Below, one piece after another: positions 51,870 to 64,000 of a DNA stretch of 64,000 nucleotides. Each line of letters starts with the position of its first letter. Position 1 is the stretch's first letter. This DNA is from Felis catus. Lineage: Eukaryota. Location: NCBI RefSeq assembly GCF_018350175.1, contig NC_058368.1:193380001-193444000 (forward strand). Reading direction: 5' to 3'. The notes under the pieces were generated by a model, which ran no database searches, was not told the DNA's origin, and saw only the letters and a program-made list of their open reading frames with translations. The position numbers and the translations under genes were made by a program.

Positions 51870-53850
51870 CCCAACCTCACAAAGATCACAGCAAAGGAAC
51901 AAAATAGGTATGAACCAACAGAACAAAGGGAAACTGAGAAAAGGCAAGAGTAGACAAAGGAAGTAAGACGTTTAAAAGATGGACAGTGATTGAATGAAAG
52001 GCAACTGACTTAGCAAGTTAAAGAAAGCAGCTTACCTCTCTGCAGAGGATGTGGATAGAGTCAATGAGAAGCAAGCCAGTCATACCTCAGATCACCAGAA
52101 AGGTCTAGAAATTTGAAGCACTCTATACTCTGAGGACTAGAATATGGAAAATGGGTAGAAGGCTCCAGAACCTCTCACCCAGCCAGATGGCCAGATGATG
52201 CCCTCCTTTTCCACCAAGCAGAGACCTGGAGGCTGACAGTGAAGAAGATGAAGTGGAGAGGCTCCAGACTGGGGTCACTAGGTATAACTGAGGGTGCAGG
52301 CCACCAACTGGCCATCTTCCTCCTTGCATGTAGAGCATCTTATTGACTTTTTGGGACTTAAAAAATCAGATAGTCAAAGGGCTCTACATATGCGGCAGGG
52401 GTAGAAACTAAAATTAGCAAACAGAACAAAATAGATTACAGGGAACAGGCACAATCCAGGGGCCAAAATAACACTTTAAAAACTATGCTCTTATTAAAGA
52501 GATAAGCATGAATTGGATGCTGCAATAAAGGAATGACAAATGTATAAGAAAGAGCTCTTGGAAGTTAATATAATAGATTAATTAATAAAAATGCTAAAAT
52601 ATAAAGTTGAAGGTATCACCCAGTAAATAGCTTCAAGTCAAACAAATAAACTCTTGGAAGTCCAACATACAGCCACTAGGAAACAAAAGTAAGAAAGCGA
52701 AGAGAAAATGAAGGGAAGAATATTATCAACTAAATTACCTTGAAAATACAAAACTGAAGGAGGTGAGTTTTCAAACAGAAAAAGCTGACCAAGTGCCCAG
52801 CATCTTGAATGACCATGAATAAAAAAGCTTCATACCATAGCCCATCATTTTAAACTACTAGAGCTTTAGAGACAAAGAAAAGATCATAACAGCTTCTGGA
52901 ATGGGAGAAGGGGAGCAAATCACATATAAAGAAGAAGCACTCAGAATGGCACTGGCCTTTCTTCAGCCACAGTGGAAAACAGAACATAATGGAACACCAC
53001 CTGAAAAATTTTGAATGAAAATTATTTCCCAGCTTGAATCTCACCCCCAATCAGTGTAGTTTGAAGGTGGAATAAGAACCCTTTCAGATACACAAGATCT
53101 AAAAATTTACCTCCTTGTATTCTTTCTCGGGAAGCTACTGGAGGATTCAGTCCACCGAAATGAGAGGGCAAACAGAGAATGAAATATGTAGAAAAGGAGG
53201 GCCAATGTGCTGGAGAATGTGAAGGTCAGTCCCAAGAAGACAGGTCCCCTGAAATTCCCACACAAGCGAGGCCAGGCTGAAGCAAAAAGGATGGGGTCCA
53301 AGAGGGAGACCTCTGGGGGAAAACATTGTAACAGAAATGCATGATTGTAACTGAGAGCAGTTCCACGGTTTGCTCAGAAAGCTTGGGTCTGAGTCAATGA
53401 TAAAATGCAAAGAACAAAATAAACAAAACAAACAAAACAGCGCAAACAAAGCAGGAAACAAAAAGTTTCAGAGTACACTATTTAGCTCAGTTGTAAAGGT
53501 ATTTATCTAGTCATTATAGGGTAAACACTGGGTATTGGTTTAACAAAAATATGATGGTGGGAATATGGCAACAGTGTGAGTGGCGATGAATGGGTATGAG
53601 CCCAATCCTCATCTGTCGTGGTGAGGAGTCAGCAAATAATGTCTAAACTTGGAAAATCAGGAAAAGGCAATATAAGAGATATGAAGGTAAAAATATCAGG
53701 AGAAGTAGCTGAAAAAGTTTAAAGTGATTCCCCATGAGCGCTTGAATCTGGGACAGAAAGGGAGAGGGGAAGGAAGTATTGAGTCTTGTTTTATTACTTG
53801 GAATAACACTTGGTTTTGTATGTCTTATGCATATAATGTGTGTATATGTG
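51870..53850 (+). mobile_element. HAL1 (half-L1, ORF1-only) element, degenerate
   Basis: ORF1-like A-rich body with the HAL1 hallmark TTTCTCGGGAAGCTACTGGAGGAT...CCACCGAAATGAGAG. No ORF2 follows. Confidence 0.7.
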
Positions 53851-56282
53851 TGTGTGCACTGCATATGAATTAGGCGTTATTTCAGGAGAGAAAGAAATTG
53901 AAAATGTTCTTATCCTACCAACCAGTTGTTCACCATTTTAAAGAGGAGGAAACTGAGGGTGTTAAAATGTAAAGTAGCATGCTCAGAATCACAAAAAGAG
54001 ACACAGTGGCACAGCTGAGACTAGACTCAGGTCTCCAGACACAAAAGCTCGTGCTTGCCCACAGGAGATGGAGAAGACGAGGTTGCAGAACAATCTGTGC
54101 TGTCAGGCCCCTGGGCAGGGATTCAGTGGACTCTAGAGTCATCTGCTGGTTTCACAGACACTCTTTGACCTTTACCACCTTCTATGAGTTCTGAAAAACA
54201 ACAGGCCGTGGCCTGGACAGCTCATGGAGTACAGCTTCTTGCTGTGAAAGAGCCATTTCCTAAAATCATCTTTCATTAGCCCTTTATGTGTCAGTGCCAG
54301 ACTCCTCCCCACCCCTTCTGGGTGCCACATCCTTTGACATTATAACTGGGCAAGAAAAACTAAGGTGGGATGAAAGAATAAAGCCCTAGATGTTTTTACC
54401 TTTTTAAACTAGTCATCTGCTTTCTATTTCCTCAGACTAAAAGGGATAGCCCATTTCTTTTTCTGACTGATGGAGTTAAAGCATTTTTTTCCCAATGTAC
54501 TTTCTGTCTTGCAAGATACATCCTGGTTTGGGCTTTTGCTTTCAAGTTGCAATCACAAAAGATTGTTCTACTTTCTTAGTTCAGACTTAATAATCTGGCC
54601 TACTTTCTGCCCTATGTGGGATTCTTGTTGGAGGTACTTGCCTTTATGTAGTCCCGGGTTCTTTACACACCTTCCTTCCTTGCTTCCTCAAATAACAGTA
54701 CACTTTTCAAACTCATCCTCCTCCTACCTAGATCATCATTCCTTCCTTTCTTCCTTCATTCCAGCACATGTCTATTGAATATATTTTCTGTGTGTGTGCT
54801 AGACACTAAGCGTGGCTTTAGGAATTCAGCAGTGCACCAGACAGATCCCATCTCTATCCTCCTGCAGCTCCTAGTTGAGTGAAAATAGCATACACAAGGT
54901 AAATAATTATTGCATTTGTGTGACTTAGTGTTGTGCAGGGAATCTAGGTACTATGAGAACCTGTCAATGAGGATCCAATCTAATTGGGATGGTGGGTGTC
55001 CGTCAGGGCCGTTGTGGGATACTCATTGTACTACCCGATGCTACCGATGGCGTTGAGTGACCAGTTGGTGCTCAGCATACATTGGCCATTTCCTTAGTGA
55101 ATGTCCTTAGAATGGTATTGAAATGTTATAAGTGGTCTACAAATTAAACTCATTATTATTATTCCCTAAAGAAAGGCAATAAAGAAGCCAGAAAAAAATT
55201 CCTGATACAAAGTAGGCTTAAATTGGATGGGGGGGGGGGCAGTTATAGGAAAGATCCTACATAGACAAGGAAGGGCTAGCTGACTTCTCTACTTACTCCT
55301 TTGCCCTCTTCAAATTCATTCTGGAAAACAATTTCAAATTGTATATATCTGCTTAATAGTTTCTGAATAACTAGGACTGGGTCAGAATGTAAGTAAATCT
55401 TTTGACACTGGGTACAACAGCTATAAAATAGCAACCCACATTTACAGTGCTTGCAAATAACACAATACCCCATTCAAAGGTACAACACTTATACCTTTTC
55501 ACACTCTTACAAATTCTTCTCAGCTTTGAAAGGGTAAGAAAAAACCCCCAGAAAAACGGTGTCCTTCTAACAAGTACTGTATATACCCTAAATGGGAACA
55601 AACATTTATAGACACAGGAAGCTGAAAATAAAGAAAAACTAGAAAATACAGCTTGGCTGCTTATACAATAACTTGGTATAGATAATAGCTTTGAAGAGGT
55701 GAAATAAGTAGGCTTTTGACAAAAAAAATTTTTTTTCTAGAGAATATGGGTATAAAGTTAATTTCTTTATAATTAGTACCTTTTCTGTTGAGCTTTTATT
55801 GGAAAGTTAGGGAAGTAGTCCAGCAGCAAAGGGAACTCCAAAGCACTGAAGAAGAGATACACACATACACTGAAACACACACATACACACATACTCACAT
55901 ATCTCAAGAGTGTGTTGAGGGTGATTATTTTAGGAGTTCATCACTGATATTTTCAAGACTTCGTAAGACTTTCTCAATCATGACTTCTCCATTGCATTCA
56001 ACCTTGAGGTTTTCACTCTTTAGAACCTCAGTTTACTCTTATCTGGAAAGTGGTGGTTTCCATATTTGCAATTTTCCACACTTTTAACCCCTTCCTTTAT
56101 GTTTTGTGGACTTGATATAATAAAACTTGGGTATAATGCAACACTTTCTTGGAGGCTTACACTATCACTTACTACTGAAGTTTTCTCAAACTCACATAAG
56201 TAATGGAACACCTCTGAAAGAAACTTTTATTCTGGATTCCCAATGTTGACAAGTTATTTCTATCATAATGATACTTAGAAAT

Positions 56283-56502
56283 GGGGCGCCTGGGTGGCTC
56301 AGTCGGTTAAGCGGCCGACTTCGGCTCAGGTCATGATCTCACGGTCCGTGAGTTCGAGCCCCGCGTCGGGCTCTGTGCTGACAGGTCAGAGTCTGGAGCC
56401 TATTTCAGATTCTGTGTCTCCCTCTCTCTGACCCTCCCCTGTTCATGCTCTGTCTCTCCCTGTCTCAAAAATAAATAAAAATGTTAAAAAAAATTAAAAA
56501 AA
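56283..56502 (+). mobile_element. Young SINEC_Fc
   Basis: Near-consensus CpG-rich body with an A tail. Short TSD AGAAATG. Confidence 0.96.
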
Positions 56503-57717
56503 GAGAAATGTACAAACATTGTACCAGGGATCAACTCTATGCTTATAGTTCTCCTTTAACTATAAAACTCAAGAAAATTTACAAATGAGATACAAACATA
56601 ATTATATGACCAACACATTTTGAATTACCAATATTAATTTAAGGTAAAAAACTGTGGCATCTGCTGGCCCCAAAACACCATTTGTGACACCAATATAACA
56701 CTGTTGTCACAGAGATCCTGTGAATTCTCCAGGCCTATGCTACTGTGTACCATGCGAAGATAACCTTCTCTCACCAGTGTTTGCCCTCTTCTTCCACATA
56801 GTGCATCATGATGTCAGTTACCCCTTGCTCAGCATTATTTTACCATACATCGTTCTGTTCTAATGTGATAGAAAATGCAGATGCCAACAAGGGCCCCGAA
56901 TCTGTGGCAGTCCTCAGTTATGAAATGATCATTCCAAAATATGCTTCCTTTTTATGATGATCAAAACAAAAATACCAAATTAAACAAACAGGCAAACATC
57001 ACACATTAGAGTCCTCAAGTCCTTGAGAAAAGGTCGCTGAGTGGCCAACTTCAGGCTGAGAAGCTGCTAATGTGCTCATTTACAATTATGTTTATGTCTA
57101 ATGCTATACATTTGGCAAAGCAAATATGTGAACTATTTTATCTAGTTTTTAAAGTAAAAATTCTTCAAAATATCCTTAATTAAAATGAAAAGTATCCAGT
57201 AGGGGCTTTAAAAAGTACAAATTAATTCACATTTGAAGAGGTATACAAATCCCTTTGGGCACACCCACTAGAATGATCCGGAGTGTTGTACCTCACAAAA
57301 TAGATGTTTTTCCTCTTTTCTTCCTGGAGGGATTGTATGTAATACTTTAAATTTCTATACCATCTTTCCCCCAGGCAGTACAAAGTACTTGATAAACTTC
57401 ATATTAATGATGTTAACATACTCCTGAGACTAAATAGATGGTAGGAAACATGTTCCCCAGCTTATAAATAAATGAACAAGCTCAAAGAGAGGGACAGAAT
57501 TTTATTTCCCAGATACTTTGATCAGCTTCTTTCTTTTCCCCCCACTTAAAACACTATAAAATTTTACACTCTTTTCTTTCTCCTCTTTATTTGTTTATTC
57601 ACTCACCCAAGGAATCTGTATTAAGAGCAATGTTTCATGTATTATATTAGTTAGTTGTTTTCAGGGTAGTAAAACCAATACAAGGCATATTACCTGATCT
57701 TGAAAAGCTAATAATCA

Positions 57718-57958
57718 CCAAAGGACCCAGTAATTCCACTACTGGGTATTTACCCAAAGAAAACAAAAACACTAATTTGAAAAGATATATGCACCTCTAT
57801 GTTTACTGCAACATTATTTACAATAGCCAAGGTATGGAAGTAACCTAACTGTTCATCCATAGGTGAAAGGATAAAGAAAATGTAGTGTATACACACACAC
57901 ACACACACACACATACACACACACGCGCGCGCGCGCACAAGCATACCTAACACATACA

Positions 57959-58003
<45 letters not shown>

Positions 58004-58390
58004 GGAATATTACTCAGCCATAAAAAAGAATGCGATCTTGACATTTGCAACAACATGGATGGATGAATCTAGAGGGTATAATGCTAAGTGAAGCAAGTCA
58101 GAAAAAGACAAATACCATATGATTTCACATACACATGGAACTTAAGAAACAAAACAAATGAACAAAACAAAAAAGAGACAAACAAAAAACCAGACTCTTA
58201 AATACAGAGAACAAACTGGTGATTGCCAGAGGGGAGGTAAGTGGGGGGGGGGGTGACATAGGTGATGGGGTTTAAGAGTGCACTGATCATGAAGAGCCCT
58301 GATCAATGTACAGAAATGTTGAATCATTATACTGTACACCTGAAACTAATATTACACTGTATGTTATTTATACTCCTATTAAAAAAGACA
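57718..58390 (+). mobile_element. Carnivore L1 3' end containing an expanded (CA)n/(CG)n microsatellite
   Basis: GACCCAGTAATTCCACTACTGGGTATTTACCCAAAG...TACTGTACACCTGAAACTAATATTACACTG. TSD GAAAAGCTAATAAT(C/T)A at 57702 and 58391. Confidence 0.93.
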
Positions 58391-59214
58391 GAAAAGCTAA
58401 TAATTAGGATGAAAAGGAAAACATGCATGCAAAAAGCTAAAAGATGATTTTTTTAAGGAAATATTTCAGGGCAAATAAAAATCTGAAAATCTGGGAATTT
58501 AGATCAAGGGCCCACCCAGAAGGCCGGTGGTGGTAGAGGAAATGTTGGGACAGAGGAGGTAGAGACTAAGGAGACAGGTGACCAGAGGGCTGTGTATCTG
58601 GACAGATATGGAAGAAGCTGTTCTAGGCAAGAGCAGTAGCATATAACCTGGATGGGCGACATGAGATAAGCATGGGAGACAACGACTAGACCATATAGTC
58701 TAATAGGTTATTAGTAAATTAGTACTTTCTACATGCCATGGATCATGCTCAAGGCATTACATACTGATCTGACTTGACCCTTACACTTTGCTCCAATTTT
58801 AAAGGTTCAGAAACGTGGACTCGGCAAGATGAACTAATGTGTCCTGGGTCACAGAGGCAGAAAGTGGAAGAAATAAGAGTCACACTGGCTATTTGACTCC
58901 AGAGGCCCTTGCTCTCAAACATCACGTTAGATGATTTCCCAACAGTGGGAGGTGACAGCTACCAGCTATTCGCTGGTGCTGGATAACAGAAGTCTTTGAT
59001 GACAGTGGGTTCAGGCTTAACACAGTAGGGAATGGAAAACAACTGATGATTTTTAGAGAAGGGAAGTAACAAGAAAAACGACAACAACAACACAAAAAAT
59101 GGGACTTTAGAAAGAGAAATTGGGCAATGGCTGCCCAGGATGAGCTAGAGGAGGAGACTTCTTCAGGTACCTAGACATAGAGGTTAATACTGCTTCCCAG
59201 GGCTCAGACACAGC

Positions 59215-59700
59215 TTTGCCTTATTTCCCCAGCCTTTTCTCACACCACCCTCGGCCTTTGTTCTCCGTCCCCATCCAAACCAGTCCACTTTCCCTGTGCT
59301 GGTGGAAGTTATTCTCCCTTCCACCAAATATGTGTACACGTTCCAATTGGAAGAAATTAATTTTTCCTTCTACTCGTCCTTCAGATTTTTTATTCCAATG
59401 TAAGTTCACCTGAGAAGTCTTTCCTGGTGTTCCTGTTTATGTTAAATGCCCTGTTAGAGACCGTCACGGCACCGTGCCCCTTCTCCTTTGTAACCTCTGT
59501 CACCGTTAGAGTTACCCATTGTTCGTGTGATGGGTTTATTAACAGCTGTTTGCCTGCATTAGAGTACATGCTTCTTGAGGGTAAGAGCCAGGTCTGCTCT
59601 TGCCTATCACTGTATTCCCAGAGCCTATGTCATTGCCTATCACACAGCAGGACCTGGACCTTTGTTGAAGCGTGGGAGAACAAATAAATGAATAATCAAT
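59215..59700 (+). mobile_element. L2 LINE 3' end
   Basis: CTTCTTGAGGGTAAGAGCC...CACTGTATTCCCAGAGCC...AAATGAAT. Confidence 0.65.
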
Positions 59701-60669
59701 GCACATCCTGGATCAGGATGATAGCAGTGGGAGTGAAAAGGAAGGTAGGGACACAACAGTTGACTAAAGAATCCGGTGGGTGACTGGGGACTGGGCAAAG
59801 GAGATGCAGAAGCAGGGAAGGTCAGGGTTCAGGCAGGTTCAGTGATGGTTCTGTAGTTTCTCAAGCTTAGCTACCAGAAAAAAACAAACAGCCCACCATA
59901 TTACCTTTTGTACTCACTGCCATCTTGGGTCAGTAGCCACCTGAAATTTTAATGTAAGAGCAAAGAATCAGAAGCCGAAATGGTGAGTAGTTTAGCTCAG
60001 AGCAAGGCAAGCCCTTAATCAGAGGATGTTACAAGAGCATCAGTGAGAAGTTAAGTCTCTGTGTGGAAGTGTGCCTCAAGTGGATTATCTGATTTTCTGT
60101 GCGCTAAAATATCCAGTCGACCCTCAACCCATCTTTAATAATGCTTCTGTGGTTTTCTTTACATTTGAGTGAAGCCCAGTTCCTCTTCCTGATCCAAGAG
60201 GATTTCACAGTATCAATTGTCTCATATGGGAAACAACTCAGCATGGCGGAAAAAGCTCTCTGATGATATCCTCCAAGGTCTTAATCAAATATTACCTTTG
60301 TCACATAGCCCTGCCTGACCACCAAGACACTCCCACGCCCAAAAAGCATTAAATCTCCTTTACTAACCCAGGTCCTTCAGTAGATACTATGTATATTATG
60401 CATAGTCATCTTATTTTTTCATGTTCAAACGTCTTTTCTATTCTAGACTGTGAGCTCTCTGAAAGTAAGGACCTCATCAGATTCATATAGCTTGGGATGT
60501 AGAGCAGAGGCTGTGGAGATAAATTGCCTGAGTTCAAACCCTGGCTCTCCCACGTATTGACGATACAAGCTTGGATGAGCGACTTAATCTCTCTCTGCAT
60601 TTTAGTTTCCTTAGCTGGCACATGAGGATAACGGTAGTACCTACCTAACAGATTTACTGTGAAGGTTCT

Positions 60670-61440
60670 CACTCATTCATTCATAGTCCATTCAGCAGTT
60701 ATTTATTAAATGGGTACCACATTCCTTGCCATCTTCTGGGCACTAGGAATATACTCATAAACAAAATGGAAAAAAGTTCCTTCTCTTTTGGAGCTTACAT
60801 GGCACGGGAGCGGGAAAGAATTACAAGTAAATAAACACTATAATTTGAGACAGTAACAAGCTTGCCAGAGCTGACTTATACTGGCTCACAAGAGACGACC
60901 ATGTGTATCTTCCCACCTTTGTATTCAGTAGCATCGTGTTGATAGCTTGAATCACTGAGTCAGTTATAGTGGAAGTATTTACACTATGGAAACTGGCAAA
61001 GACTACCAACCAGCACCCCCCACCTCTGTCCCACTATATCCAGGTATTAAACATTTACCAGAACGTAACTGGTTAAGAAGACACTAAGGTTGATTAGAAG
61101 GTGTGGGGTAACTCAATGTCAAGGATTCTCTGAAAAAGTGAAGTTTGTGCTGAGACCTGAAAGATGAGTATCCAGAAGTGATAAAGGGAAGAGTAATATA
61201 GGCAGAGTGGACAGCTGGTTCAAAGGCCTGAAGGCATAATAAGCCTGGTTATGTTCCAGGAACAATAACAATGAAAGCCACTGAGGCTGGGGCATAGGGA
61301 ATGAGGGGGAGAATGAAATGAGTTGAGGTCAGGAAGGTGGGTCAGAGCAAGGCCACACACAGCCTTATAGACAAAGCACTTGCATTTATTCCAAGAGCTG
61401 TGGGAAGCTGTTGGTGGGTTTTCAGCAGGAGAGACTATTT
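60670..61440 (-). mobile_element. L2 LINE fragment split by MER63
   Basis: (CATT)n start and TTTATTAAATG. Resumes with GTGCTGAGACCTGAAAGATGAG...CAAAGGCCTGAAGG. Confidence 0.7.
60851..61071. mobile_element. MER63A-like (hAT-Blackjack)
   Basis: TACTGGCTCACAAGAG...GTTGATAGCTTGAATC...GGAAGTATTTACACTATGGAAACTGGCAAAGACTAC...TAAACATTTACCAG. Confidence 0.8.
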
Positions 61441-62804
61441 AAAGGACTTTGCATGTACCTAACACCTAGGAAGTGCTCAATAAATGGTAGCTATTCCTGT
61501 TAATACTTACCTTGGTGTCCCTAGAAGCTCGCCCATTGTCTGACACATAGGAAGGATCCAGTTAAGGGTTACTGAGTGATACATAAATGTATGGTCACAA
61601 AGAAGCCCCTTTTCCTCTCTGAGCCTCAGTTGCCTCATCAAAAAAATAAGTAACTTGTAAAAGATGGTTCCAAGGTCCCTCTGTTCCCTGAGCTCTCCCA
61701 CTGTATTACCATGGACTGGTTTTGTTAACCCAAGCTGGCAAAGGTTTCCACAGCTGTGGTAGAGCCAATATTCTCAAACAAATATGCAATACCACTCTGG
61801 AGTCATCTCATTCCAGAACATGACATTCTTGCCCTGTACAACAGCATAAAACATAACAGACTTCATATTTCTGTTCTCATATTAGGGGAAGTGGGGAAGG
61901 AGAAAGAGAAAAAAAATAGGCACTCTCTAACGAGGCCATAAATATTGATGTCTTCCTCAGCCCCCCCCCCCCCAGAGTTCTATCATTTTGGCAACTGGCT
62001 GATTAATAATAGATTAAACACTTTAGATTTGCTTACTCTGAGATCCATGACTTTAGATGCATGTGCTGTGAAGGAATGGGTTGAGACGGGGCTCTGTGGA
62101 TCACACAGACTTCCAGCACAAAAATACAGTGGGAGGGGACACAAATTGGGCATGACAACCAATATTTCCATGGAGTAATATCTCAAATGTAAAGCTTGGG
62201 CTGTATTTCCAAAAGTTAACTTCTTCACCCAAGAACCCACCCCCATGATAACCCAAGTGAGAGGATTGTGTTAGCACACACCATAGGGTAGTGTGCCGAG
62301 TAAGTGAACGTTGAGGAAGGAAGTCTTTCTACACCCCATCCAAATACCAGTCAGTGGCCACACCTGGGAGAAAACTGGGATGCATGTCCATGACTGCTGA
62401 GGTAGACCAACTTGCCTTAAAATCTTATCCTCTGGAACCGAGACAGGTGATGGGACCAAAAGACCCACTCCTGCTCCTCTAGATGCCAACCGGCAAGTAA
62501 GTGGCCCTAGAAAGACATGAATAGCTGGAGATGCCCACTTAAATGTTGGTCTTTGTAGGTCAGTGAGAGGACCAGCAGGTCTGGGCATGAAGAGGGAGTT
62601 TGGCATAGTGGGCAAGATGTTGGGGGGAATCGTGATATCTGGCTTCCTAGTCTGACTCTATCGCTGAGTCTCTGTGTGACCCTGGACTCCTTCCTTCCCT
62701 GGGCCTCAGTTTCCCATCTGTTCAGTGAAGGGATAGATAAGGGCAGTATTTCTCAATGAGAATCACCAATGGAACTTTTAAAGGATGCAGATTCTTACAC
62801 TCTT

Positions 62805-63247
62805 TGTCATGGGTTGAATTGTGTCCCCTTAAAACATATGTTCATGTCCCAACACCCAGTACCTCAGAAAGTGGAAACAGGGTTATTACAGATGTAATTA
62901 GGATGAGGTTATACTGGAGTAGGGTGAACCTTAGTCCAAAATGAGTGGTGTCCTAATTATTAAATAGAAGAGAAGATGCACAGAAGACACACAAAGGGAA
63001 AACAGCATGTGATGCCTGGAACAGAGATCGAAGTATGGAAGCTGTAAGCTAATTACCAAAGGCAACGACCAGAAGGTGGGAAACAGCAAGGAAGGATTCT
63101 TACCTATAGTTTTTAAAGGAAGCATGGCTGTACTGACACTTTGATTTCAGACTTCTGGCCTCCAGAACTGTGAGATATTAAATGTTTGTTGTTTTAAGCC
63201 ACCGTGTTTGTGGTACTTAGTTACAGTAGCCCTAGGAAATGAACACA
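62805..63247 (+). mobile_element. MLT1B/C MaLR solo LTR inserted into a MER5-type element (~62744-63340)
   Basis: TGTCATGGGTTGAATTGTGTCCCC...GACTTCTGGCCTCCAGAACTGTGAGA...GTTTTAAGCCACC...GCCCTAGGAAATGAACACA. MER5-like sequence flanks both sides. Confidence 0.88.
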
Positions 63248-64000
63248 CCTTGCTTAGAAGCTTAGCAGTTAAAAAAAGTCAGGGTAAGGGCCTGGAAATG
63301 CAAATTTATAAAAAGCTCCCTAGAAAAATCTGGTGCACACTATGGCTTACACACAGTGAATTAAGTAAGTCCCTTTCCAAGTCTGGAATTCTCTGATTCA
63401 GGTGGAAATCTGACTTCAGCTTCTGGCACTGGAGATATATCATGGAAAGCATAAACTTAGGAAAGAGATGCATTGGGAGTACAAAGGGGTGCCTTCCTTA
63501 CATTCTGTGGCAGAAAAATGGAGTCGTGCTGATGGTGGGAAACGAGACAGTTCCTCAAGGTGGCTCATCCTCTCTCTCGGATCACTTCATATCCCAAAAC
63601 ATAAACTGCTTAAAAGTAAAAGTTAACAGGAACTACTGAAAGGTCAAAAATCCCTTTGAGGTCCTTTTAATAAGAGTTATAAACTTTGTCGCCAGAAATA
63701 TGCCCACACTTTCACAGAGCTCCAGACACCCTCATCTCCATCTACTGACTTCCCAGGAATCCACGAACACACACCAAGAACCCCTGGATGCTATAACTTG
63801 ACAAAGGCCTAGCTGGGCACAGAGCTGCTAACCTAAAACCTTCAGAGGGAAACCAGGAAGGCCACTGTGGGTACCCTTCTCTGGCTCTGCCTTCTCCATC
63901 TGCCCAAGAAATATTTACTGGGCATCTACTCTCTGCTACCTCACTTTTGTTCTTATGTCTGGATTATATTCTAAACATCGTGGGAAGCCATGAGAGAATT

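Noticed and set aside
1..64000. Excess of plus-strand L1 fragments as a hint of a minus-strand host gene; CRISPR, operon or other prokaryote-style systems
   Set aside because: There are too few independent L1 insertions to infer orientation, and no host exon was found. The DNA is mammalian and has no repeat-spacer arrays or gene clusters.

Overview
Mammalian nuclear DNA from a felid (cat-like): the Can-SINEs are of the SINEC_Fc type and the young L1 pieces look carnivore/felid. I found no intact protein-coding exon, RNA gene or CpG island, so the window is intronic or intergenic. It is dominated by interspersed repeats: MIR, L2, old L1ME/L1MC/HAL1, hAT MERs, MLT1/ERV1 solo LTRs, carnivore L1 and about ten SINEC copies. 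The one gene-derived feature I can identify is a ~1.25 kb decayed retrocopy of ADAL/MAPDA on the minus strand (30734-31980), and both of its ends are unusual. Its 5' leader is the antisense of the LCMT2 N-terminal coding sequence, a fossil of head-to-head overlapping transcription at the parental locus. Its 3' end reads through a splice donor into intron, matching the short 'GKAWSFRSSR' ADAL isoform, and lacks the catalytic C-terminus. Other points of interest are a tail-less L1 fragment inside an LTR, nested and inverted SINE insertions with readable target-site duplications (TSDs), and an unidentified decayed exon-like segment near 56 kb. I see no evidence of a new functional multi-gene system. 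Repeat subfamily names and protein matches come from memory of consensus sequences, not from database searches, and most repeat boundaries are approximate.
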